Part shown: positions 35,294 through 44,393 of the stretch, one piece after another
How positions within the stretch are numbered: the stretch's first letter is position 1
How the letters are laid out: every line of letters starts with the position of its first letter
NCBI GenBank assembly: GCA_040391845.1
Contig: JBEBXD010000005.1
Coordinates: forward strand, 8,159 to 72,158
DNA: 64,000 nt
Direction of reading: 5' to 3'
Source: Tsukamurella paurometabola
Lineage (GTDB): Bacteria; Actinomycetota; Actinomycetes; Mycobacteriales; Mycobacteriaceae
The notes under the pieces: generated by a model
What the model was told of the DNA's origin: nothing
Database searches by the model: none
What the model saw: only the letters and a program-made list of their open reading frames with translations
Program-made: the position numbers and the translations under genes

Positions 35294-36697
35294 TCAGACG
35301 GCGGCGAGGTCCTCGTCGGGCGTCGTGTCGTCCCGTTGGGCGGCGGCGGATTCCACGATGTCGTGGTCCTTGGTCTCCACCATCAGGTAGCAGCAGAACA
35401 CGCTGACCGCGGAGAGGGCCGCCAGCATCACGCCCACCCACAGCACGTGGCCGTCGGCCACCAGCCGAGCGGCGAGCAGGGGCGGGATGGCACCGCCGAA
35501 GATCCCGGCCAGGTTGTAGCCGAGGCCGGCGCCGGTGTACCGGTACCGCTCGTGGAACAGCTCGGGCAGCGCCGCCCCGGCGGGCCCGTAGGCGATGCCG
35601 AAGATGATCAGCGTGCCGATCAGGCCGAGCGCGTACATCGGCAGCGACTTCGTGTCGAGGATGGGGAACAGCACCAGCGCCCACACCACGGCCAGCGCGC
35701 AGGACGCCATGATCACCCTGCGGCGGCCGATGCGGTCGGAGTACGCCGCGGACACCGCGATGGAGACGCCGAAGAACACCGCGGCGGCCATCCCCATCGC
35801 CAGTACCGTGCCGCGATCGAAGCCGAGGTTCTTGGTCGCGTAATTGGTGAGGAACGCGGTGCCCATGTAGAACAGCGAGAACAGGGAGGCCAGGGCGCCG
35901 CCGGCGATGAGGATCTCCTTCCACTGGAAGCGGATCGCGTCCAGGAAGGGCAGCTTCGTGCGGCCGATCTCCGCCTGCGCGCGCCGCCGCACCTCGGTGA
36001 AGACCGGCGTCTCCGCGACGGACAGGCGCACCCAGAGGCCGACGAGCACCAGCAGCGACGACAGCAGGAACGGGATGCGCCAGCCGATCGTCATGAACGC
36101 GCTGTCGGCGTCCTTGGTATCGCCGGCCACGAGGGTGAACAGCAGGAAGGTGCCGCTGGAGAGGAAGAACGCGAACGCGGGACCCAGCTGCGGGAACATC
36201 GCGTACAGCCCGCGCTTGCCCTTCGGGGCGTACTCGGCGGTGAGCAGCGTCGCACCGGCCCACTCGCCGCCCACCGCGAAGCCCTGCAGGAACCGCATCA
36301 CCACGAGCAGGACGGGTGCGAGCGTGCCGATGCCGTTCGGGAACAGCCCGAAGACGCCGGTCTCGCTACCGGGGAGCAGGCCGATGGCCACGGTGGCCGC
36401 GCCCATGATCAGCAGCGTCCACACCAGGGTGCGCTTGCGGCCGATGCGATCGCCGAAGTGCCCGAACAGGATCGCGCCGACGGGGCGGGCGAAGAACGCG
36501 ACCGCGAAGGTGGCGAACGAGGCCAGGGTCGCCACGCCCGGGGACATGTCGGAGAAGAAGATGGTGGGGAACACCAGGGCGGCGGCGGTGCCGTAGATGA
36601 AGAAGTCGTAGAACTCGATCGTGGTTCCGATCGAGCTGGCCATCGCCACCCGGCGGAGCCGGGACGGGGGGACGGCGGGGAGTTCGGGTGCGCTCAC
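35294..36697 (-). CDS. MFS transporter, metabolite:H+ symporter (MHS) type
   Basis: GTG 36697 with AGGAG 6 nt upstream. SSIGTTIEFYDFFIYGTAAALVF... and twelve predicted TM segments fit the ProP/KgtP-like family. Confidence 0.88.
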   Translation of the reverse strand: MSAPELPAVPPSRLRRVAMASSIGTTIEFYDFFIYGTAAALVFPTIFFSDMSPGVATLASFATFAVAFFARPVGAILFGHFGDRIGRKRTLVWTLLIMGAATVAIGLLPGSETGVFGLFPNGIGTLAPVLLVVMRFLQGFAVGGEWAGATLLTAEYAPKGKRGLYAMFPQLGPAFAFFLSSGTFLLFTLVAGDTKDADSAFMTIGWRIPFLLSSLLVLVGLWVRLSVAETPVFTEVRRRAQAEIGRTKLPFLDAIRFQWKEILIAGGALASLFSLFYMGTAFLTNYATKNLGFDRGTVLAMGMAAAVFFGVSIAVSAAYSDRIGRRRVIMASCALAVVWALVLFPILDTKSLPMYALGLIGTLIIFGIAYGPAGAALPELFHERYRYTGAGLGYNLAGIFGGAIPPLLAARLVADGHVLWVGVMLAALSAVSVFCCYLMVETKDHDIVESAAAQRDDTTPDEDLAAV

Positions 36698-36786
36698 GTG
36701 TACTCCTGAAGGGTCGGTGGACGCCCCGAACGGTAGTGACGGCGATCACACCGCCGGTACCCCCGAAGGGGGGTAGGCGCGCCCGG

Positions 36787-37641
36787 TCAGGGCAGGAGGC
36801 CGAGGCTGCGGGCGCGGGTGACCGCCTCGAACCGGGTGCGGGTTCCCAGCTTCTGCCCGGCGCTGCGGAGGTAGGCCTTCACCGTCTCCGGGCGCAGCGA
36901 CAACCGCTGCGCCACCTCGGCGTTCGTGCAGCCGAGCGCCACCTGGGCGAGCGCGTCGAGTTCCCGCGCGGTGAGCGGTCGCTCGGGCGGGGCGGCGGGG
37001 GCGGCACCGTCGGCCTCGCGGCCGAGGACGGAGATGCGGCCGCACGCCGATTCGAGGCGCGACCGGACGGCATCGTCGGTGATCTCGCCGGCCAGCGCCC
37101 GCAGCTCCGAGAACACCTCCCGCAGCAGTTCCCGATCGGCCCCGCCCAGGGCGGAGTGCTCCGCCGCGGCGGCCTCGGCGAACTGCATCCTGCGCTCCAC
37201 CTCGCCGCGCACGCGCAGCTCGTACGCGAGATCACGCACCGTCTGCGCCACCGCGCCGAGCACCGTGTCGCCGAAGGTGGAACGACGGTGATCGGCGGCG
37301 TAGAACACCGCGCGCACGGCCCCGCCCACCGCGAGGGGCACCGCGACCATCGAGCGCAGCCCCTCGGCCCGGACGTGCGCGTGGTAGTGCTGGGTGATCC
37401 CGGCCGTGCCGTAATCCGCCACCGCGGTGGGCCGGCCGGTGCGCAGCACGTGGCCGCCGAGCCCGGCGCCGCGGGCCACCGGCAGGCCGTTGAGGGCGGG
37501 GGTGCGCAGGCCGACGCCGCCGCGCAGGATCACGTGGTCGTCGTCGACCAGCCCGGCGAACGCGACCGGAAGTTCTGTGCGCGTACGAATCGTGCGGAGC
37601 GCGGACCGGGTGATGTCGTCATCGAGCGTGCTGGCGATCAT
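36787..37641 (-). CDS. GAF-domain / LuxR-family HTH transcriptional regulator
   Basis: 284 aa. The N-terminal part is GAF-like (VAFAGLVDDD...MVAVPLAVGG). The C-terminus is LTARELDALAQVALGCTNAEVAQRLSLRPETVKAYLRSAGQKLG, a LuxR/GerE HTH. Confidence 0.8.
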   Translation of the reverse strand: MIASTLDDDITRSALRTIRTRTELPVAFAGLVDDDHVILRGGVGLRTPALNGLPVARGAGLGGHVLRTGRPTAVADYGTAGITQHYHAHVRAEGLRSMVAVPLAVGGAVRAVFYAADHRRSTFGDTVLGAVAQTVRDLAYELRVRGEVERRMQFAEAAAAEHSALGGADRELLREVFSELRALAGEITDDAVRSRLESACGRISVLGREADGAAPAAPPERPLTARELDALAQVALGCTNAEVAQRLSLRPETVKAYLRSAGQKLGTRTRFEAVTRARSLGLLP

Positions 37642-37717
37642 CGGGCACTCCGGGCGGTCGGAACGGGTGATTCATCATCGCATGTCCGATTCGTCCGTGT
37701 GGCGGGAATCGCGGGCG

Positions 37718-38632
37718 TCAGCAGCCGCCCGCGGGCAGCGCCCCGAGCTGCGCGCGGACCGTCTCCGCGAGCCGGGTCAGCGCGGCCCTGCCGGAGGCGA
37801 ACGCGCCGTCGGCGGGGCGCGCGGACATCATGACGCCCGTGTAGCCGCGCGCGGTCCGCAGGACCACGAGCTGGCGCACCACGTAGGCGCCGTCGGTCCC
37901 CGGGCCCCAGCCGCCCTTGACGCCCACCTGCGCGCCTGGCAGGCCGTACGCGCCCCATTGCTGGTTCTCCTCGACCGTGCGCATGAGCCCGGCGGTCGCC
38001 CTCCCCGGCGGCGAGCACTCCAGCCGGGAGGCGAAGGTCGCGGCGGGGCCGTCCTCCCACCGGGTCTGGCCGAACGCCGAGTACTCGGGCCGCACCTTCT
38101 CCGTCTGCACCTGCGTCGTCGCATCGCCTCCCGCGCGCAGGACCGCGGTCACCGCGGCGCCCGCCTTCTCGGGATCGCCGAGCGACGACCAGATCGACTC
38201 CGCCGCATCGTTGTCCGAGGCGGTGATCGCCGCGCGCATCGGGACGGTCACCTCCGCCCCGCCCCTGTGTTCCATCGCCGCCATCACCAGCGGGACCTTC
38301 GACGTCGACCACGCGGGCAGCCCCGTGGAGTCACCGGCCGCCACCACCGTGCCGCCGCCGGCGACCGCGATGCTCGCCCGCCCCGCGATCCCGGACACCG
38401 CGCGTTCCAGCGCGGCCCGCAGCGGCGCGGCCGCGGGCCGGGCCGACCCTCCCCCGGAGGGCCGCTCCCCGGATGGCGCTGCGGCCGAGCCGGATCCGTC
38501 AGAGACGGCAGCCCCGGGCGACGACGTGGCCGAGGATCCCGGCGCCGAGCCGGCATCGCCGATCGTGCACCCCGCGGCGCACAGCGCGGCCAGCGCCAGC
38601 GCCGCGAACCTAGTAGATGTAGACGATCGCAT
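37718..38632 (-). CDS. Class A beta-lactamase-like serine hydrolase lipoprotein
   Basis: Lipobox LAALCAAGC. It has an SxxK motif (WSTSKV), an SDN motif (ITASDNDAAE) and a KGGWG variant of KTG. ATG 38632 lies inside the last 8 codons of the upstream kinase gene. Confidence 0.75.
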   Translation of the reverse strand: MRSSTSTRFAALALAALCAAGCTIGDAGSAPGSSATSSPGAAVSDGSGSAAAPSGERPSGGGSARPAAAPLRAALERAVSGIAGRASIAVAGGGTVVAAGDSTGLPAWSTSKVPLVMAAMEHRGGAEVTVPMRAAITASDNDAAESIWSSLGDPEKAGAAVTAVLRAGGDATTQVQTEKVRPEYSAFGQTRWEDGPAATFASRLECSPPGRATAGLMRTVEENQQWGAYGLPGAQVGVKGGWGPGTDGAYVVRQLVVLRTARGYTGVMMSARPADGAFASGRAALTRLAETVRAQLGALPAGGC

Positions 38633-40097
38633 TGTTCCCTCCCCGGCACGTCACGATGTTCGTCGCGCCGGTGCACGCCATGGTGATCGGGCCGAGATCC
38701 GTGGCCTTCGGACTGACCGCCGAGACCGAACCCGACTGCGGCGCAGTGTAGGCCGCGCGGTAGGCGGCGGCGATCGCGTTCGCGAACTCGCACGAGGTGT
38801 ACGAGGCGCCGGGGGCGCCGCTGCCCTTGTCCGCCGCGACGGTCCCGAACACCGCGTCGGTACTGCCCTCGCAGATGTTCACGTTGCCGGGCGGGCCGGC
38901 CTTCGTCACGCTCGGCGTGGTCGACGGTGCGGTGCTCGGCGACGTCGGCTCGGTGGTCGCCGGGGCGGTGGTCGTGGTGCCCGCCACCGGCGTCGAACCG
39001 CCGCCGCCACTGAGCAGCACGGCCGCCGCCACGATCGCGGCGATGAGCACCACCGCTCCGATCACCAGCGCCGGAATCAGCGCCCGGTTGCGCGGCGGCG
39101 GCGCGTAGCTCGGCGTCACGTAGCGCGGCTGCCCGCTGGACGAGGGCGTGCTGTGCGGGTACCCGATCTGCGTGGGCTGCGGCGCCGACGGCGGGCCCGC
39201 CGGGAGCGGCGGGCGGTGCGCCGACGGCACCGTCGTCGTGGTGCCCCAGCTCTGCGGGCCGCCCTGCAGTGCGGCGGAGGCCGCCCGCGCGAGCGAGCCG
39301 CAGCTCGCGTAGCGCTCCTCCGGGCGCTTGGCCATGCCCTTCGCGATCACGGCGTCGAGCGCGGGAGGGACGGGGTGCGGGGCGTTCGCCGACGCCCGGG
39401 GCGGCGCCGAGAGCAGGTGCTGGCGCATCATCTCCGAGATCGAGCCCGCGGTGAACGGGGGCCGGCCCGTCAGCAGCTCGTAGAGGACGCAGGCCAGCGA
39501 GTACACGTCCCCCGCGACCGTGGCCCCGCCACCGTCGAACCGCTCGGGCGCCGCGTACGCCTGGGACCCGACGAACAACCCGGCGGAGGTGAACCGCTCG
39601 CCCTCGCCGTCGACGACGAGGCCGAAGTCGAGGAGGTAGGCGAAGCCCGACGGGGTCACCTGCACGTTGGCGGGTTTCACGTCCCGGTGCACGAGGCCCT
39701 GCAGGTGCGCGGAGTCCAGCGCCGAGGCGATCTGGGTGACCAGGTCCACGGCGCGCTCGGGCGGCAGCGCGCCGGCGGCGACCAGTTCGGCGAGGTTGCT
39801 GCCGTCGACCAGCCGCATGTCCAGGTAGAGCGTGCCGTCGATCTCCCCGTAGTCGTGGATCGGGATCACGTGCGGATCGGACAGCCGCGCGGCGGTCTGC
39901 GACTCGTGGGTGAACCGCTCCCGGAAGCCCGGGTCCTGGGCCACGCCGGTGCGCAGCAGCTTCAGCGCCACGTCCCGGTCCTTGACCGTGTCCCGGGCCA
40001 GGTACACCTCGCCCATCCCGCCGCGGCCGAGCAGCCGCACCAGCCGGTACGGGCCGAAGTCCGTTCCGGCCTTGTCGCTCGCCGAGTCCCCACTCAT
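38610..40097 (-). CDS. Membrane Ser/Thr protein kinase with a Thr/Pro-rich linker and a small four-Cys extracellular domain
   Basis: Hanks kinase motifs are GRGGMGEVY, VALK, HRDVKPANV, DFG and APE. A single TM helix (ALIPALVIGAVVLIAAIVAAAVLL) is followed by a TTTAPATTEPTSPSTAPSTTPS linker and a ~95-aa C-terminal domain with 4 Cys. Confidence 0.9.
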   Translation of the reverse strand: MSGDSASDKAGTDFGPYRLVRLLGRGGMGEVYLARDTVKDRDVALKLLRTGVAQDPGFRERFTHESQTAARLSDPHVIPIHDYGEIDGTLYLDMRLVDGSNLAELVAAGALPPERAVDLVTQIASALDSAHLQGLVHRDVKPANVQVTPSGFAYLLDFGLVVDGEGERFTSAGLFVGSQAYAAPERFDGGGATVAGDVYSLACVLYELLTGRPPFTAGSISEMMRQHLLSAPPRASANAPHPVPPALDAVIAKGMAKRPEERYASCGSLARAASAALQGGPQSWGTTTTVPSAHRPPLPAGPPSAPQPTQIGYPHSTPSSSGQPRYVTPSYAPPPRNRALIPALVIGAVVLIAAIVAAAVLLSGGGGSTPVAGTTTTAPATTEPTSPSTAPSTTPSVTKAGPPGNVNICEGSTDAVFGTVAADKGSGAPGASYTSCEFANAIAAAYRAAYTAPQSGSVSAVSPKATDLGPITMACTGATNIVTCRGGNNAIVYIY

Positions 40098-40188
40098 CGC
40101 ACGTCCCCTCCGCGGTGTCCGCTTCGACCGATCCTATGGCCCGGGGCGCGTCGCGGCGCTCCGGGCCGAGAATTGCTAGCGTGAATCC

Positions 40189-41127
40189 ATGATCGAAGTC
40201 GCCGGGTTGACCAAGACCTACGGGGCCGTCCGGGCGGTGAGCGACCTCTCGTTCGCGGTGCGGCCCGGCCGCGTGACCGGGTTCCTCGGGCCGAACGGCG
40301 CGGGGAAGTCGACGACGATGCGGTGCATCCTGGGGCTCGACCGGCCCACCGCCGGGCGCGCGACGATCGGCGGCCGCGACTACCGCGCGATCGAGCGGCC
40401 GCTCACCGCGGTGGGGGCGCTCCTCGAGGCGAAGTGGGTGCACCCCAATCGCACCGCGCGTGACCACCTGCGCTGGCTGGCGGCCGCGACCGGCATCCCC
40501 GCGGGGCGGGCGGACGAGTGCCTCGCCGCGGTGGGCCTCACGGACGCGGCCCGCAAGAAAGCGGGCGGCTTCTCGCTGGGCATGGCGCAGCGCCTCGGCA
40601 TCGCGGGGGCGCTGCTGGGCGATCCGGGGGTGCTGCTCTTCGACGAACCGGTGAACGGCCTCGACCCCGAGGGTATCGTGTGGGTGCGCACCTTCATGAA
40701 ATCGCTGGCCGCGCAGGGGCGCACGGTGTTCGTCTCGAGCCACCTGCTCGCGGAGATGGCGATGACGGCCGACGACGTGGTGATCGTGGGCCGCGGCCGC
40801 CTGGTGTGGAACGGGGCCATGTCCGATTTCATCGAGCAGAACTCCGAACACACCGTGCGGGTCCGCAGCCCGCGCGATCGCGAGCTCGCGCAGGCGCTCA
40901 CCTCCCGCGGCTTCGCGGTGGCCGCGGAGACGGAGGCCGCGCCCGGCGGCGGCGGGCGGACCGTGCTGACGGTCCGCGGCGCCACCAGCGACGCGGTCGG
41001 CGAGATCGCCGCGGCGGAGGGGCTACCACTCGCCGAGCTGGCGCCCCGCACCAGCTCGCTGGAGCAGGTCTTCATGCGGCTCACCGGCGCCGCGGTCGAG
41101 TACCGGGGAACGGGAGGCATCGGATGA
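40189..41127 (+). CDS. ABC-2-type transporter ATP-binding protein
   Basis: GPNGAGKSTTM, FSLGMAQRLG and LLFDEPVNGLD, plus the C-terminal accessory domain typical of DrrA/BcrA-like ATPases. Confidence 0.9.
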   Translation: MIEVAGLTKTYGAVRAVSDLSFAVRPGRVTGFLGPNGAGKSTTMRCILGLDRPTAGRATIGGRDYRAIERPLTAVGALLEAKWVHPNRTARDHLRWLAAATGIPAGRADECLAAVGLTDAARKKAGGFSLGMAQRLGIAGALLGDPGVLLFDEPVNGLDPEGIVWVRTFMKSLAAQGRTVFVSSHLLAEMAMTADDVVIVGRGRLVWNGAMSDFIEQNSEHTVRVRSPRDRELAQALTSRGFAVAAETEAAPGGGGRTVLTVRGATSDAVGEIAAAEGLPLAELAPRTSSLEQVFMRLTGAAVEYRGTGGIG

Positions 41128-41882
41128 TCGTCCGCGCGTTGACGGCCGAACTGGTCAAGCTCGCCACCGTGCGCGCCGCGAAGTGGATCCTGATCGGCTC
41201 CTCCGCCGCGGCGCTGGCGATCACCGTGATCGTGGCGCTCGTGATCCGGAACGTGGGGGAGACCGTCGACGAGATCGCGGTGGTGGCGCTCGCGCCCCTC
41301 TCCGGCTTCGGCGGGCTGCCGGGCATCGGCCTGACCTTCGCGGCCGTCATCGGGGTGCTGTCGGTGACCACCGAGATCCGCTACAACACGCTGCGGGCCA
41401 CCTTCCTCGCGGTGCCCAACCGGTGGATCGCCCTGGCGGCCAAGACCGTCGTGGTGGCCGCGGTGTGCGCGGTGACGTACGCGGTGGTGATGGTGGTGGC
41501 CGTCGGCGTGTTCGGCGCAATCGTGGGCGGCTCGCCGGTGGCCGCGCTCCGCGGCGGCGCGGGCTCCTTCATCACCTTTCCGTTCGGCGTGGCCTTCGCC
41601 GCGGTCCTGGGGGTCGCGGCCGGCGCCGCGCTGCGCAACGGCGCGGGCGCGATCACCGCGCTGCTCGGGTACCTGTTCGTGGTGGACAACGTGATCACCT
41701 CGATCCCGCAGACCCGGGACGCGGGACCGCTGCTGCCGCTGTCGAACCTGCAGAACTTCATGGGGGTGCTGCTCTCCGGGGACTTCCCCTGGGGTGCGCC
41801 GCTGTCGTTCCTCTACCTGGTGCTGGTCATCGGGGCGCTCTGGGTGGGCGCGGTCGCGTTGGTGGCCCGACGGGACGCCTGA
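41124..41882 (+). CDS. ABC-2-type transporter permease
   Basis: ATG 41124 overlaps the ATPase stop as ATGA. MIVRALTAELVKLATVRAAKWILIG... with six predicted TM helices. It lies inside track ORF 40518..41882. Confidence 0.8.
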   Translation: MIVRALTAELVKLATVRAAKWILIGSSAAALAITVIVALVIRNVGETVDEIAVVALAPLSGFGGLPGIGLTFAAVIGVLSVTTEIRYNTLRATFLAVPNRWIALAAKTVVVAAVCAVTYAVVMVVAVGVFGAIVGGSPVAALRGGAGSFITFPFGVAFAAVLGVAAGAALRNGAGAITALLGYLFVVDNVITSIPQTRDAGPLLPLSNLQNFMGVLLSGDFPWGAPLSFLYLVLVIGALWVGAVALVARRDA

Positions 41883-41886
41883 CCGG

Positions 41887-42750
41887 CTACTCGCGCAGGC
41901 GCCACGACGCGTTGACGGGGCCGTGGCCCGCGCCCACGGGATAGGCCGCCGCGAGCGACCGGGTGACCCACTCCTTGCCGAAGGCCACCGCCTCCGGGAC
42001 CGAGCGGCCGTGCGCCAGTGCGCAGACCGCCGCGGCGCCCAGGGTGTCGCCCGCGCCGTGGTCGTGGCGGGTGCGCAGCCGCGGGGCCTCGAACTCGAGG
42101 AACTCGGCACCGTCGTACAGCACGTCCGTGCTGGTGGCGGCGCTCCGCAGGTGGCCGCCCTTGACCAGCGCCCAGCGCGGCCCGAGGTCGTGCAGGGCCC
42201 GGGCCGCGTCCCGCTGCGAGGCGTCGTCCACCACCTCGATGCCGGTGATCAGCCGCACCTCGTCGAGGTTCGGCGTCACCAGGTGGGCCAGGGGGAACAG
42301 GCGTCGCAGCAGCGTCTCCAGCGCCTCCGGCGCGAGCAGCGGATCGCCGTGCTGCGAGGCGCACACGGGGTCGACGAGGAACGGGACCCCGCCGTCCGGG
42401 CCCGCGCCCGGGCCGGCGGTCCCGATCCCGCATTCGACCGCGGCGTCGGCGATCGCGTCGATGATCTCCGCAGTCGCGAGCATCCCCGTCTTCGCGGCGC
42501 CGATCCCGATGTCCTGCACCACCGCCCGGATCTGCCCGGCGACGGTTTCGGGCGGGATCGGGTGGAAGCCGGTGACGCCGAGGCTGTTCTGCACCGTGAC
42601 GGCGGTGATCGCGCTGGTGCCGTGGACCCCGGCGAGCGCGAAGGTCCGCAGATCCGACTGCAGGCCTGCGGCGCCGCCCGAATCGGACCCGGCGATCGTC
42701 ATCACCCGCACGGGGGTCTCGCCGACGGCGGGCAGGGGGAGGAACCGCAT
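41887..42750 (-). CDS. thiD: Hydroxymethylpyrimidine/phosphomethylpyrimidine kinase (ThiD paralog 1)
   Basis: Track ORF 41887..43113. ATG 42750 gives MRFLPLP...VMTIAGSDSGGAAGLQSDLRTF...AKTGML...VDPV...TPNLDEVRLITG...KGGH...GAGDTL, which are ThiD motifs. Confidence 0.85.
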   Translation of the reverse strand: MRFLPLPAVGETPVRVMTIAGSDSGGAAGLQSDLRTFALAGVHGTSAITAVTVQNSLGVTGFHPIPPETVAGQIRAVVQDIGIGAAKTGMLATAEIIDAIADAAVECGIGTAGPGAGPDGGVPFLVDPVCASQHGDPLLAPEALETLLRRLFPLAHLVTPNLDEVRLITGIEVVDDASQRDAARALHDLGPRWALVKGGHLRSAATSTDVLYDGAEFLEFEAPRLRTRHDHGAGDTLGAAAVCALAHGRSVPEAVAFGKEWVTRSLAAAYPVGAGHGPVNASWRLRE

Positions 42751-42788
42751 GGGACGACGATACCGCCCTGGCCTGCGGGAGCCGGTGG

Positions 42789-44264
42789 TCAGTCGTCGTG
42801 GCCGTGATCCGTGGGGATCGGGGGCTCGGGGAGAACCGGGTACTTGCCCGTGAAGCCCTCCCGCTCGGCGGCCACGGCCATCACCTTGCCGCGCACCGCG
42901 TACCAGCCGCCGATGAGCATCGGGACCAGCGCGATGATCGCGTACAGGTTCCAGATGTTGTCGTAGCACATGAGAACGACGACGACGGCGAGGAAGGCGA
43001 GGCTGAAGTAGCTGCTCCACGGCGAGAGCAACTGCCGGAAGGCGGGGCGGGTGACGATGCCCTTGTTCGCCCAGCGGTGCAACTGGATCTGGCACACCAG
43101 GATCATCGCCCACGTGGAGATGATGCCGAGCGCCGAGAGGTCCAGCGCGATGTTGAAGGCCTCCTCGGGGACGAACAGGTTGAGCACGACGCCCAGCAGG
43201 GTGAGGGCGCCCGTCAGCGCGATGCCGCCGAAGGGCACGCCGTTGCGGTTCATCACGCCGGTGAACCGGGGGCCGGATCCGTTGAGCGACATCGAGCGCA
43301 GGATGCGACCCGTCGAGTACAGGCCGGCGTTGAGACTGGACAGTGCGGCGGTGAGAACCACCATGTTCATCACATCGCCGGCGTAGGGCACGCCGATCTT
43401 CGAGAAGAAGGTCACGAACGGACTCGTCCCCTTGGCGAACTCGGTGTAGGGCACCAGCAAGGCGAGCAGGATGAGCGAGCCCACGTAGAACAGGGCGATG
43501 CGCACGATCACGGAATTGATGGCGCGGGGCATCACCTTCGCGGGCTCCGCCGTCTCACCGGCGGCGATTCCCACGAGTTCGACTGCGGCGTAGGCGAAGA
43601 CGACGCCCGAGACGACGATGACGAGTGGGAACACGCCGGTGGGGAAGAGGCCGCCGTTGTCGGCGATGACGGAGAGGCCGGTGGAGTGACCGTCGACCTT
43701 CATCCGCGATGCGAGGATCACGACGCCGACGATCAGGAAGCCGACCAACGCCACGACCTTGATGATCGCCGCCCAGAACTCCAGCTCTCCGAACAGCTTC
43801 ACCGAGATGATGTTCATCGCCATGACGATCGCGAGCGCGATCAGCGCGATGGTCCACTGCGGGATGGACTCGAATGCGCCCCAGTAGTGCACGTAGAGGG
43901 CGATCGCGGTGACGTCCACGATCGCCGTGGCCGCCCAGTTGAAGAAGTACAGCCAGCCGGTGACGAAGGCCGTCTTCTCGCCGAAGAACTCGCGGGCGTA
44001 CGAGACGAACGAACCCGAGGAAGGGCGGTGCAGTACCAGCTCTCCCAGGGCCCGGAGGATGAAGAACACCACGAGGCCGCAGACGGCGTAGGTCAGGAAG
44101 AGCCCGGGACCCGCGTCGTGCAGGCGGCTTCCGGCTCCCATGAACAGGCCCGTGCCGATGGCGCCGCCGATCGCGATCATCTGGATCTGACGCGGTTTGA
44201 GGGTCTTGTGATAGCCCTCGTCCTCGTGTGCGAGAGCGGAATTGTCGTAGTCCGTCGTCGTCAT
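42789..44264 (-). CDS. ansP: APC-family amino-acid permease, AnsP (L-asparagine permease)-like
   Basis: [18 protein letters not shown]...[28 protein letters not shown]...FWAAIIKV is close to E. coli AnsP as I recall it. I chose the second ATG (44264) because AGGAG lies 6 nt upstream. Confidence 0.9.
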   Translation of the reverse strand: MTTTDYDNSALAHEDEGYHKTLKPRQIQMIAIGGAIGTGLFMGAGSRLHDAGPGLFLTYAVCGLVVFFILRALGELVLHRPSSGSFVSYAREFFGEKTAFVTGWLYFFNWAATAIVDVTAIALYVHYWGAFESIPQWTIALIALAIVMAMNIISVKLFGELEFWAAIIKVVALVGFLIVGVVILASRMKVDGHSTGLSVIADNGGLFPTGVFPLVIVVSGVVFAYAAVELVGIAAGETAEPAKVMPRAINSVIVRIALFYVGSLILLALLVPYTEFAKGTSPFVTFFSKIGVPYAGDVMNMVVLTAALSSLNAGLYSTGRILRSMSLNGSGPRFTGVMNRNGVPFGGIALTGALTLLGVVLNLFVPEEAFNIALDLSALGIISTWAMILVCQIQLHRWANKGIVTRPAFRQLLSPWSSYFSLAFLAVVVVLMCYDNIWNLYAIIALVPMLIGGWYAVRGKVMAVAAEREGFTGKYPVLPEPPIPTDHGHDD

Positions 44265-44393
44265 GCACATCTCCTGTCGCGGCGATCAGCCTGCAGAGTT
44301 CATCCACCCTGACGTTCAGGGCGCTGTTGTTCAGCGTTCACGAACAGTAGGTGCGCTCTGTGACGCGACGGGGACGCCCGTGTAACGCCGGTG

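Noticed and set aside
36745-36770. The CCCCC-GAA-GGGGG hairpin (GTACCCCCGAAGGGGGGTAG) between the LuxR-type gene and the MFS gene as a special element
   Set aside because: It is a short, simple GC hairpin in a position expected for an ordinary intrinsic terminator after the LuxR-type gene. I found no second copy.
42789-44264. The idea that the permease between the two thiD genes is a novel HMP/thiamine-precursor transporter
   Set aside because: The sequence is colinear with AnsP-type amino-acid permeases ([15 protein letters not shown] etc.). The adjacency alone does not support a thiamine role.
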